From Azolla caroliniana (lineage: Eukaryota; Plantae; Polypodiophyta): a DNA stretch of 64,000 nt. Positions 36,471-46,934 of this stretch are shown here, piece after piece. The stretch spans positions 12,214,001-12,278,000 of the forward strand of contig JBHGNT010000009.1 of NCBI GenBank assembly GCA_043228905.1, in the 5' to 3' direction. The position numbers were made by a program, and so were the translations under genes. How positions within the stretch are numbered: the first letter of the stretch is position 1; every line of letters begins with the position of its first letter. A model generated the notes under the pieces. The model did not search any database, had not been told where the DNA came from, and saw only the letters and a program-made list of their open reading frames with translations.

Positions 36471-39128
36471 TCGGCGCCCTAAAGGTGCCCTCGATATTCA
36501 CACTAAATGTACATGGGTGCGTACACACGCTGCACCCCACCGATGTAGCCAATGTTTCCTGGTTTCCGCCTCTGGCCGAAATTCTTCACGACATCCGCCC
36601 CCACCTAACCGCACATCCACCGGTATGTGCTAAGTCCGGTTGAAGGGTGAGAGATTTCTGCCGGTGAGAAACCGGTCTTCCGTGATTTGCATCCCGGCTC
36701 GCTGCCGGTTTGACCCGTCGGCTTTGAGTCTTCCTTTGCGCTCGCCTCCCCGTAGGCTCGTTCGACCCGTCGACGGGTCCTCTACCGCGATTTCTGTAGT
36801 ACGCGTACTTCCGCTGGGCCTTGTTCGGCCGTATGAACGCCCCGCTCCCGTCGTATGCCCGATGTCCTCCGCTTGAGGCATGCCCGTAGTGGCCCGCTTG
36901 GCCCCCGTTGATCATTCGCGTCATCCTGATTGCCGTCCCATGTCGTTTCGCGTTGCCCTCGTCCTCTCGCCGCCACCCTCCTTCTCCATGGTCTTACATC
37001 GCCGCGTCGGCTCGAACCGCCATGGTCTCCGGAACGGTGTGGAGGATCCCTTTCTAGCCTTCTCCGCGCTACCTCCGAACTGCGCAACCTATCTCCGCGC
37101 TCGCCTTTCTGCTTCGGCACCTCCGTGTGCCACATACCCTCGTCCGTTGTTTGGCATTGCCTGTGTTGCACTCCTCGTCGGCCCCCTTTCCGGCCAGATC
37201 GTGCTTCGCCGCTCACCTGCATACCGGCGTCCTTTGCATCCGAGGAACACCCCGTAGTAGCCCGTTTGGCCCTTCCCGTCTTCGTGCTGCCGCGATAGGT
37301 CCTGAGTCTTCCGCTTGCCGTCGTCCCCTCGCCCTCACCAGCTTGTCATCCCGGCTTGCCGTGTCAGTCTTCGCTACTTCGACGGAGCTACCGAGATCTA
37401 CGAAGCGAGTGTGGAGGATCCTCCTTCGGCCTCTCTTGCCATCCCCTGACTCCGACCCTGTGCAGTCCACTAGGCACTTGTCACCTCGTTCCCGGCACCT
37501 CCCTTGTGCCGTCTTCCGATTCCTTCGTTCGGCCCCGCCCGCGCCGAACACCGTCCCTTAGTCACGCTTCGATCCGGCCCGCGATGGCCACTTGCGAGAC
37601 TCTTGTTCTGTCCCAGGTGTGCCTTTCTGGCCCGACACACCTCCCCGTGTTTGCCGTTACCGGCTCCTTATGAAACCTCGTGTTGTCGGGTCCTGTTCCC
37701 TGCCGCCACCGTCCTTCTCCCTCGGTCTTACGTTGCCACGTTGGCCGAACAGCCGGGGTCTCTAGATCGGTGTGAGAGTCCCATAGGACCGAACTCCGTT
37801 TCTATGCTTCCCGAAATTCGGGTGTCTTTGTTTGAGTCCCTCCCGGACTCTCCTCGTGTCTTCCGCGTAGTCGGGTCCCGTTTCCCGCGGCCACCTTCCT
37901 TCTCCCTCGGTCTTACATTGCCCCGTTGGCCGAACAGCCGGAGTCTCCGGTTAAGTGTGGGGATCCTGTAGGACCGGACTTCCTTACGTCCATTGCCTTC
38001 GTCACCTCGCCGCCACCGTCAGTATCTTCGTCTTACGTCGACCGTGTTGCCGACTGCCGAAGTCTCTAGAACCGGTGTGAAGGATCCTCCGTAGGCCGCC
38101 CGTCCGTAGCCCCTTTTGTCTTCGTCACCTCGCCGCCACCGTCAGTATCTTGGTCTTACATCGACCGCGTTGCCGACTGCCGAAGTCTCTAGAACCGGTG
38201 TGAAGGATCCTCCGTAGACCGCCCGTTCGTCTTCCCGACCCTGTCCCGGGTCGTCCTTTTCCGCATGCCGAGAGGGCGGTTTACTCCGCACCCTCTCCCG
38301 TGGTACCGACGTACCGTGTCCTCGGCCTCTTCGTAGGCCAACTCTCTTCCTCCCTCCCGGAATGGTCATCCGGGAGTCTGCTCCGCCCGGTTCTCGCTCG
38401 GGTCCGTTCGTCCTTCCTCCGGATTGCCGAGTCCCGTTCTCCTGTCGCCACCGACTCTCTTGTCAGACTCACGCCGGCACTCGGGCCTGCAGCTGGATCG
38501 GTGTAAGGAATCCCATAGGACCGGCTTTCATTCTCTTTCCAACTCTCGACCTTCGCCCGGTCGGTCTTTCTCCCCATGTAAAAGAGGGCGGCTCGTCCCG
38601 CACCCCCCTTCCGTATCGGCACTTTCACGCCGAATCTGGCCTCGATCGAACGATCCACGACCGGATCACGCTCCACCCGTATCGGAATGCCGATCTCCTT
38701 GTGCCGCGTCCGTCCTCGGCTTCCTCTCAGGCCGTTTCCCATCCGACTTCGCTGGCATCGTGCCAGGACTCCTCGGTACCGCCATCCATCTCCTCGGTCT
38801 TACATGGGCATACGGGCCCGAATGCCGAGTTCTCCGGAATCGGGTCCGTGGGCTCTCTTCCATTCCTTCCCCGTATCGTCTCACCGGTGATTCTCGGCCT
38901 TTCGCCGCCGCCTTCCTCCGCTTGGGACTCACGTGGGCACTCGGGCCCGACTGCCATCGCCCCAAGAGCAAGTGTGGGAAGACACAAAGAATCGCCCGTC
39001 CGTTTTACGCCCTTGTCCGTAGCCACCGACTCTTCATGGTCGGCGGTCGTTTTCTTACTGATCGCGCAAGCCCCGTCTGGGCTTGCTTCTCCCATGACCG
39101 GGATCTCGGGCTGACACGCCCAAAACCG

Positions 39129-40064
39129 CTAGTCCCAACGTTCCGGTTCTGCGATCTGTATCTCGGCCTCGTCCTTGGCCGTTCTATCTTCGCAAGTCGA
39201 GAGGGCGTTTCGTTCCGCACCCTCTCCCGTGGTACCGTGGTACCGATGTTCCGCCGTCGCGTGGGGCAAGTACATCTTCTTAGTCTCGGCTTGCGGCCTC
39301 CGTCTTTCCTCTTCCTCGAGCATCGCCTCGAGAGCTGCGTACGCCTCCGCAATCCTGGCCCCAACGCCGACCCTTGCCGACTCTCTCTGCCGTTCGGCCT
39401 CTTCCCGTTGTGATGGCACGCCGTCGCGTACCTTCCTCTTAGCCTTCTCGGCTCGCTCGTTGTCTAGCCGTTGGCACACCCTTCCGACCTTTGACCAGTC
39501 CTCCGTAAGCCCATTCGCTCCGTCATCGTCTTCGAGCTCAATCCCGATGGCTTCCCGTTCCGCTCGGTCGATCGACCTGACAAACAAAAGGACTTTGTCC
39601 GCCCCCACCAAACCTTGTTCCCGCTCTGGGAGCCGGGCAAGCCGTCGCTCGAACTCTCGGAACGCCTTCGTCGCGCCCTGGTGGGTCTTTGCCGATGCTA
39701 CCCACTGGTTGAAGTCGTGCAGTCCCCGGCTCTTCCGCCGTCCTCCGTATGCCTTCAGGAGCGCCTCTTCGAAGGCCTCCCATGAACTATGAGCCTCACG
39801 GAGCTCCTTTACTTCCGCATGCATCCGGACAGCTACAACCTGGCAGAAGAACTCCAGCCTCAACGCCTCGTCTATGCCACGCTCCTCCATTTCCGCATTG
39901 TAGGCTTCCAAGTAAGATGGGACTTTGTCCCCGCTGAAACGGCCGACTCTTTTGACCACTCGCTCAACCGCTTGTTGCGCTGCTTCTCGCCTCATCACCA
40001 CTCGTGCCGACTCGAACACCACTTCGGCCACCATCTCCGCAAGGTCGTCGTCTTCCGACTCCAT
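39129..40064 (-). pseudogene. Gag capsid-like ORF of element A, continuing as broken low-complexity frames to ~36650
   Basis: VGRFSGDKVPSYLEAYNAEM...WEAFEEALLKAYG...KVLLFVRSID aligns by eye with the gags of E and F. Confidence 0.82.
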
Positions 40065-40079
40065 CCTCCCTCGCCGCCT

Positions 40080-40097
40080 TTCACGTCGGGTTCACCA
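40080..40097 (-). promoter_or_regulatory. PBS complementary to tRNA-Trp
   Basis: Plus-strand TTCACGTCGGGTTCACCA matches the 3' 18 nt of plant tRNA-Trp(CCA) as I recall it. It lies 4 nt from the LTR. Confidence 0.88.
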
Positions 40098-40604
40098 AAT
40101 ATGTCGCGTTATTACGCGCGTGCGTGGAGAAAGGCGGGACCACGGGGGTCTTGGACTAGGGAGTGACGGAGCGTAGGAAGTCGTGCTTCACCGTTTCCGG
40201 GGAATCCCAGAAGAACACCGGAAGCGACCGAAGGGAGAGAGAGAAAGAGAGGGAGCGCGCGCTTAACACCGACTCACGCACACACACACACGCACACACA
40301 CACACATGTCGACCCGACTCACGCCCTTATGTACAGGAAACGTAGGAAAGGGGGAGCACCCGACACCAACAGAGACGCGAACATACACAGACAGACGCAA
40401 ACGTATATATATATATAGAAGAAGAATACATTCCCGGCTTCGAGCCGGACGGAGGTAGGTTACAATAGTCGTTTGCTGCCAAGCCGCCGTCGGGGAGCTC
40501 ACGGGCTCGTCGCGCCGAGCAGGGTCTTGCGCAGGATATGAGCTGCAGCAAACCCTAAGCGAACACGAAGGGGGAGAAGAAGAAGAAACTAACTCTAAAC
40601 CTAA

Positions 40605-43600
40605 TGTTGGGAATCAACGCTTCGATTCACCTTCTTCCCTCGGCCACAAGCGAGTAATCGCGGATCAATGCAGCAGAAAATAGGAAATACAGAGAAAGAC
40701 ACGATACACAGGGATTAACGTGGAAAACCCTATACGGGAAAAACCACGGGAGTGCGAAACTCCAAACCAAACTATGCACAGAGAAATATACAATGGCGAG
40801 CTGCAAGGCAACGACCTTGAGCTCGCTGTCCTCGCCACAGGCGGCGGAAATACACAGAGGCGTCTACCTCTTCCTCTCTCGCGCTCTATCTCTCACTCTG
40901 TCTCACGGCTGCTCCCTCTTCACTCCTCTTGAGTGAAAAACAGAAAAATAAGAAGCAACAACAAAACTGTTTGCCCTAAGTCATATTTATACTTATATGA
41001 CTTTGGGCTATTTACAACTGTAGCCTCAGGGGCCCATAGCGAACATATTCACGGATATGTCCCTGCATCCGGATCGCTCTCCGGGTACACTCGTCATCCG
41101 GTACCGAAACCGGGGTCTTCGTCATCCGGATCCGAAACCGAAACCGGGCTTGTCGGCATTCATCTCCGATATCCGACCATCCCATCCGAAAGGGACCGAA
41201 ATCCCAACAAACTCCCCCTTCACTTCGGCATGGGATGTCTCTCCAATCCGATCCTCTTCCGGCATGCTTCCAGCTTGTCGGGTGTGAGCACCTTGGTCAG
41301 CATATCCGACCCGTTCTCGTCCGTGTGGATCTTCGTCAGCACGAACTCCTTGTCTTCTATCCTTTCCCGGATCCAGTGATATCTTCGCTGGATGTGCTTC
41401 GTCCGGGAGTGATAGGCCGCGTTCTTTGCAAGGTGGATTGCACTCTGACTGTCGCAGTAGAGTCGGTACTCCTCCTGCCGGATACCGAGCTCTCTAATGA
41501 AGTCCTTCATCCATATTATTTCCTTGCCGGCTTCAACAGCCGCCATGTACTCCGCCTCCGTGGTTGACAGCGCAACCGTCTTCTGCAGCCTCGACTGCCA
41601 TGAAACAGCTCCCCCTGCATACGTCATCACATACCCTGATGTGGACCGGCTGGTATCTGCATCAGCCGACATATCCGAATCGGTAAAGCCGTCGAGTTCG
41701 GGCTTTCCGGAGCCGAATCGGAGGCACACGTTTGCCGTGCCCTTCAGGTATCGGAGTATCCACTTGGCCGCGTTCCAATGCTCTTTGCCGGGATTGCTCA
41801 TGTACCGGCTCACCACTCCGACTGCATATCCGATGTCCGGTCTCGTACACACCATGGCGTACATCAAGCTCCCGACGGCTGAGGCATACGGCACTTTCAT
41901 CATATCCTCCTTTTCAGCCTTTGTCTTGGGACTTTGCTTGCTGGACAGCTTGCAGTTTGTCGGGAGGGTCGATCCGACCGGTCTTGCTTCCGACATGTTG
42001 AACCGGTGAAGCACCTTCGTCACGTACTTCTCCTGTGACAGCCACAACTGTTTCTTGCTCCGGTCCCGGATGATGTGCATCCCTAGTATTTGTCTCGCCG
42101 GACCCAGGTCCTTCATTGAGAAGGTTCGGTGAAGAGCCTTCTTCAGCATCCGGATCTTGACCTGGTCCCGTCCGACGATCAACATGTCGTCCACGTACAG
42201 GAGGAGTATTAGAAAGTCTCCTCCTTCGAACTTCTTCACAAACACGCAGTGGTCGGACTGCGTTTTGAGGTACCCTTCGTCGGTCATGAAGGAGTCGAAC
42301 TTCCGGTACCATTGCCGGGGAGCCTGCTTCAGTCCGTAAAGGCTCTTCTTCAACCGGCATACCAGGTGCTCCTTCCCTTTCTTCTCGAATCCTTCCGGTT
42401 GCTGCATGTAGATCTCTTCATCGAGGTCACCGTGAAGGAATGCCGTCTTCACGTCCATCTGTTCTACCTCGAGGTCCATGCTTGCCGCTATGCTCAGCAC
42501 CGTCCGGATGGAGGTCATCTTCACTACCGGGGCAAATATCTCGTCGAAGTCGACGCCCTTCTTCTGCTGAAACCCCTTCACCACGATCCTGGCTTTGTAT
42601 CTCGGGGGGTTTCCGGCATCTCCCGGTTTCAGCTTGAACACCCACTTGTTTCGAAGTGCCCGCTTTCCTTTCGGCAACTCCACAAGTTCATATGTGTGGT
42701 TCTCATGCAGGGAATCCATTTCGTCCTGCATGGCACTCAACCACCTGCGGCTCTGGGTGTCTTGTTTTGCTTCTTCAAAGCTCTCCGGCTCCCCCTCGTC
42801 GGTTAGCAGCACGTGCTCTGGTTCCGGAAATCTCCGGGGGGCCCTTCTCTCTCTTAGAGGATATCTCCGTTCCGGAGCTTCGGTAACCGGTTCTTCCGAT
42901 TCTTCTTCATCCGAATCCATTTCGGGATCGGGGCCGGTTCCGGTATCGTTTTCATCTTCTTCGGCCGGTTCTGTTTCTTCACCGTCTTTGGCCGGATCCT
43001 CGAGTGCTAACCGGTCCCTTGCCGGTCGGGACTGCTCCTTGTAGAGTTGATCCTCACCGGTCGACTTGGAGCTCTTCATCTTCGTCTCCGACTCCCAGTC
43101 GGCGAGTGTCTTGTCCTCCATGAAGATGATGTCTCGACTCCTGAATATCTTCTTGTCGACAGGGTCCCATACTCGGTAGCCGAACTCGTCATCGCCGTAA
43201 CCGAGGAATACGCATGGCCGGGTCTTCGGATCTAGCTTTCCTCTCCGGTCCTTTGCCACATGCACGTATGCGAGACACCCGAACACCTTCAGATGCCGGT
43301 AGGACACTTCCTTACCGGTCCACACTTTCTGCGGCGTGTCTCCATCCAAAGGCACTGAGGGTGATCTGTTTATCACGTATGTCGCCGTCGACATTGCCTC
43401 AGCCCAAAACCCCTTGGGTAATTTCGCATGCGCCAGCATACTCCGGACCCGCTCCATTATGGTCCGGTTCATCCTCTCAGCCAGCCCGTTCAGTTCCGGC
43501 GTCTTCGGCACAGTAAACTCGAGTCGGATTCCCTTCGAGCGACAGTACTCCTGGAACTGCCCCCGGTATTCCCCTCCGTTATCCGCTCGTATCGCTTTCA

Positions 43601-45927
43601 GCTTCTTGCCGGATTCCCTTTCCACTCTCGCGTGGAGTTCTTTGAAGACGCACAACACTTGGTCCTTTGTCTTCATCGGTGCCGTCCACAGTTTTCGGCT
43701 ATGATCATCGATGAATGTTACGAAGTACTGGGCTCCGCCATGTGACTTCGTCTCTACCTGACACACGTCAGTGTGCACCAACTCCAATGGTGCGCTACGT
43801 CTCGTCGGTGGCCTTGAGTGGAAGGAGGTTCGGTTCTGCTTACCGGCCAGGCAATCGGTGCACTTCTCCAGGTGCACATGCTTCACTGGGATGAGGTTGT
43901 CTTCTGCAAGCCTCTTCATCCCCTTCTCACTCATGTGGCACAGTCTCTTGTGCCACAGCTCACCGGCAGTGTCAGCTGCCACATTCAGTTCTTCCGGACA
44001 TAACCGGGCATTCATCAGGTACAGTGTGTTGACTTTCCGGGCCCGAGCCACTATCAGGCTCCCCTTGCTGAACTTCATTACGCCGTTCCGGATGCTACCT
44101 GTGTAGCCTTCATCGTCTAGCCTCCCGGCCGAAATCAGGTTCAATCGAACCTCCGGAACGTGTCGGACATCCTTCAGCAGCATTTTGCATCCGGTCGGGG
44201 TTGTCAACCACACGTCTCCTATGCCGGAAATCCGGCACGTACCTTCATTTCCCATCCGAACACAGCCATGCTCACCGGCTGTGTAGGATGAGAAGTATCT
44301 TCTCTCCGGGGTCAGGTGGAACGATGCTCCGGAATCGACCACCCAGGTCGTCTCATCGCCGGCAACGTTTAGCTCACCTTCTTCGGTGATGAGCATGATT
44401 TCTTCCTCACTTGCCGCGAGTGCCGTTGTTCCTTTCCGGTCCTGTCCTCGCCGATCCGAACCATTCCGGTCCGTGGCTCCCCGGTATGCACCGTTTCTCT
44501 CCGGTGACTTCTTCGAATCGGTGTTGTCGGTTCCATTGTCTTTTCGGTAATGCCGACAATTCTTTCGGAAGTGCCCCGGCTTCCCACAGTGGAAGCATGT
44601 GGGCCTTCCTCTTGACTGCGACCGGGTCCCCGACTTCTCCCGTCTTTGCGGACTCCGGTTCCATTGTCTTCCCCGATCCGATTCGGTAAACAACATCTTC
44701 GGGTCGGAGGCCGGTTCTTTATCTCTCCGACGCGCTTCTTCATTCAAAATACTTGTCTTTACCGTTTGTAAGGACAAGTTATCTTCGGTGCAGGAGGTGC
44801 TGAGAGTCACCACCAAGTTCTCCCAGCTTTCTGGCAATGTACACATCAGGATGATGGCTTGCATTGCATCCTCCAACGGGAACTTAATCGCCGCAAGCTG
44901 GTTCACGAATCCCATGAACGTGCTTACGTGTTCAACCATACTCTCGCCGTCCCGGTACTTGAGGTTCACTATCTTCCTCATCAGGGAGGTCCGGTTCAAC
45001 GCATTCTTCCTCTCGTAGAGGCCCGACAGCTTCTTCCACATCTCATATGCGTTGGTGTCGTTCGCCACATGTTGTAGGACGCTTACATCGACATATTGTC
45101 GGATCGTCGCTACGGCTTTCCGGTTCAGGAGCTTCCACTCCGACTCAAGTACCCCTTTCGGTATTTCCGACCTGTCAATCGGTTCGTACAGGTCCCGAAC
45201 AATCAGAAGATCCTCCATCTTGATCTTCCAGTCGGCGTAATTCTGCGCATTCAGCACCATCATCATCGGCTGCCCGCTGCCGCCGCCTTCCATTTTCTGC
45301 AACAGTCGCTCTGATACCAGTTTGTTGGGAATCAACGCTTCGATTCACCTTCTTCCCTCGGCCACAAGCGAGTAATCGCGGATCAATGCAGCAGAAAATA
45401 GGAAATACAGAGAAAGACACGATACACAGGGATTAACGTGGAAAACCCTATACGGGAAAAACCACGGGAGTGCGAAACTCCAAACCAAACTATGCACAGA
45501 GAAATATACAATGGCGAGCTGCAAGGCAACGACCTTGAGCTCGCTGTCCTCGCCACAGGCGGCGGAAATACACAGAGGCGTCTACCTCTTCCTCTCTCGC
45601 GCTCTATCTCTCACTCTGTCTCACGGCTGCTCCCTCTTCACTCCTCTTGAGTGAAAAACAGAAAAATAAGAAGCAACAACAAAACTGTTTGCCCTAAGTC
45701 ATATTTATACTTATATGACTTTGGGCTATTTACAACTGTAGCCTCAGGGGCCCATAGCGAACATATTCACGGATATGTCCCTGCATCCGGATCGCTCTCC
45801 GGGTACACTCGTCATCCGGTACCGAAACCGGGGTCTTCGTCATCCGGATCCGAAACCGAAACCGGGCTTGTCGGCATTCATCTCCGATATCCGACCATCC
45901 CATCCGAAAGGGACCGAAATCCCAACA
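40605..45927 (-). mobile_element. Intact Ty1/Copia 'M', Tork/Tnt1-like, 5,323 bp
   Basis: 605-bp LTRs at 40605-41209 and 45323-45927 appear identical. 5-bp TSD CCTAA (40600-40604 and 45928-45932), iMet PBS 45308-45319, PPT ~41212-41221. Confidence 0.98.
41220..45293 (-). CDS. Uninterrupted Gag-Pol polyprotein (1,357 aa from the first ATG)
   Basis: CFHCGKPGHFRKNC, VVDSGASFH, LWHKRLCH...CTDC, integrase D,D,E core, YVDD and the RNase H motif TDSD in one frame. Confidence 0.97.
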   Translation of the reverse strand: MEGGGSGQPMMMVLNAQNYADWKIKMEDLLIVRDLYEPIDRSEIPKGVLESEWKLLNRKAVATIRQYVDVSVLQHVANDTNAYEMWKKLSGLYERKNALNRTSLMRKIVNLKYRDGESMVEHVSTFMGFVNQLAAIKFPLEDAMQAIILMCTLPESWENLVVTLSTSCTEDNLSLQTVKTSILNEEARRRDKEPASDPKMLFTESDRGRQWNRSPQRREKSGTRSQSRGRPTCFHCGKPGHFRKNCRHYRKDNGTDNTDSKKSPERNGAYRGATDRNGSDRRGQDRKGTTALAASEEEIMLITEEGELNVAGDETTWVVDSGASFHLTPERRYFSSYTAGEHGCVRMGNEGTCRISGIGDVWLTTPTGCKMLLKDVRHVPEVRLNLISAGRLDDEGYTGSIRNGVMKFSKGSLIVARARKVNTLYLMNARLCPEELNVAADTAGELWHKRLCHMSEKGMKRLAEDNLIPVKHVHLEKCTDCLAGKQNRTSFHSRPPTRRSAPLELVHTDVCQVETKSHGGAQYFVTFIDDHSRKLWTAPMKTKDQVLCVFKELHARVERESGKKLKAIRADNGGEYRGQFQEYCRSKGIRLEFTVPKTPELNGLAERMNRTIMERVRSMLAHAKLPKGFWAEAMSTATYVINRSPSVPLDGDTPQKVWTGKEVSYRHLKVFGCLAYVHVAKDRRGKLDPKTRPCVFLGYGDDEFGYRVWDPVDKKIFRSRDIIFMEDKTLADWESETKMKSSKSTGEDQLYKEQSRPARDRLALEDPAKDGEETEPAEEDENDTGTGPDPEMDSDEEESEEPVTEAPERRYPLRERRAPRRFPEPEHVLLTDEGEPESFEEAKQDTQSRRWLSAMQDEMDSLHENHTYELVELPKGKRALRNKWVFKLKPGDAGNPPRYKARIVVKGFQQKKGVDFDEIFAPVVKMTSIRTVLSIAASMDLEVEQMDVKTAFLHGDLDEEIYMQQPEGFEKKGKEHLVCRLKKSLYGLKQAPRQWYRKFDSFMTDEGYLKTQSDHCVFVKKFEGGDFLILLLYVDDMLIVGRDQVKIRMLKKALHRTFSMKDLGPARQILGMHIIRDRSKKQLWLSQEKYVTKVLHRFNMSEARPVGSTLPTNCKLSSKQSPKTKAEKEDMMKVPYASAVGSLMYAMVCTRPDIGYAVGVVSRYMSNPGKEHWNAAKWILRYLKGTANVCLRFGSGKPELDGFTDSDMSADADTSRSTSGYVMTYAGGAVSWQSRLQKTVALSTTEAEYMAAVEAGKEIIWMKDFIRELGIRQEEYRLYCDSQSAIHLAKNAAYHSRTKHIQRRYHWIRERIEDKEFVLTKIHTDENGSDMLTKVLTPDKLEACRKRIGLERHPMPK

Positions 45928-46195
45928 CCTAACGGTATACCCTCTAATGCAAAATGGGCAACCCCTTCACAAAGGGTGTTCCCTTCCTTTTATAGAACAA
46001 GGAAAGGGATGCGTTACAATGTGGGACAAATCCCGCCTTACATAGGATCGTCTGCCCCGACTTGACTACTTTTCAGCGCCATAAAGGCACCCTCGATAGT
46101 CACACTAAATGTACATGGGTGCGTACACACGCTGCACCCCGCCGATGTAGCCAATGTTTCCCGGTTTCCACCTCTGGCCGAAATTCTTCACGACA

Positions 46196-46503
46196 GCGTA
46201 AACCGGGAGGTTGTTAGGAAAGATATTTCGTGAGGAATATATTTGGGAGTTAGTGTAGGAGCTCTTGATGAGCATTGAAGTACTGTCAGTACTTCGGTCA
46301 ATCCTTCTAGGACTTGTATAAAAGTGTTCACTGAGCACGTCTTATGTACAGACTGAGTATTATTGTTGAATATAGTTCTTGTGTTCTCTCTCACTCTCTC
46401 TGTCTCTCCCGCGTATACCACGTAAGCTCAAGCTCTCCATTAAACCTGAGTTTTCATCCTTCTGTTCAGTCTTCATACCTGCTTCCGCACGCTACTTTCT
46501 ACA
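46196..46503 (+). repeat. Partial LTR of the C/D Copia family (target of element A)
   Basis: Matches 32214-32521. Its flank GTGCT differs from C's left flank GCTCC, so it may belong to another copy. Confidence 0.85.
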
Positions 46504-46934
46504 GTGCTTTATGTAGTCACCCTCTCTCTTCATTAACTATAAGACTCATGGAGCATGGGGAATGTGAAAGCTCATAAGTTATGTGTCATAGAATATGATT
46601 CTATGAATCATACTAAATGCTAGAATACAAAGTGGTGACATAATGGTGACTCTTGACTGTTGGAGTGTCTCTTCACTCTCAAGGTGAGTTCACACACTAG
46701 ACCAAGTTGAGCTTGATTCTCAACACGCCCCCTCAAGCTCAAATCGGGTCGGTTTTAGACGGTATCCGAAATCCGCTTCAACTCGCGTTCCGGAGTCCGC
46801 GTCGATTCGCTTTATGCGGAGTTGCGGAATCCGTGCTCCAGCTTGCGTTGTGCATAGTTACAAAGTTTGTGCTTTGGCTTGCATCTTTCTTCGCTGCTTT
46901 GCACGGTAGATCGGCTCTTCGCGGCTTATTGCGT

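Larger units (their letters stand above)
36471..46195 (-). mobile_element. Pol-less tRNA-Trp-primed LTR element 'A': 5' LTR 40102-40604 plus 45933-46195, 3' LTR remnant 36471-36593
   Basis: 18-nt PBS at 40080-40097 and PPT at 36594-36612. The gag-like ORF 39129-40064 is homologous to the gag of E. No pol motifs. Confidence 0.88.

Noticed and set aside
41220-45335. ORF-track start at 45335 for the M polyprotein
   Set aside because: It is a non-ATG start inside the LTR, upstream of the PBS. The first ATG is at 45293.
32155-46503. Treating C and the LTR at 46196-46503 as one complete element
   Set aside because: The flanks (GCTCC versus GTGCT) do not form a TSD, and a deletion lies between them.
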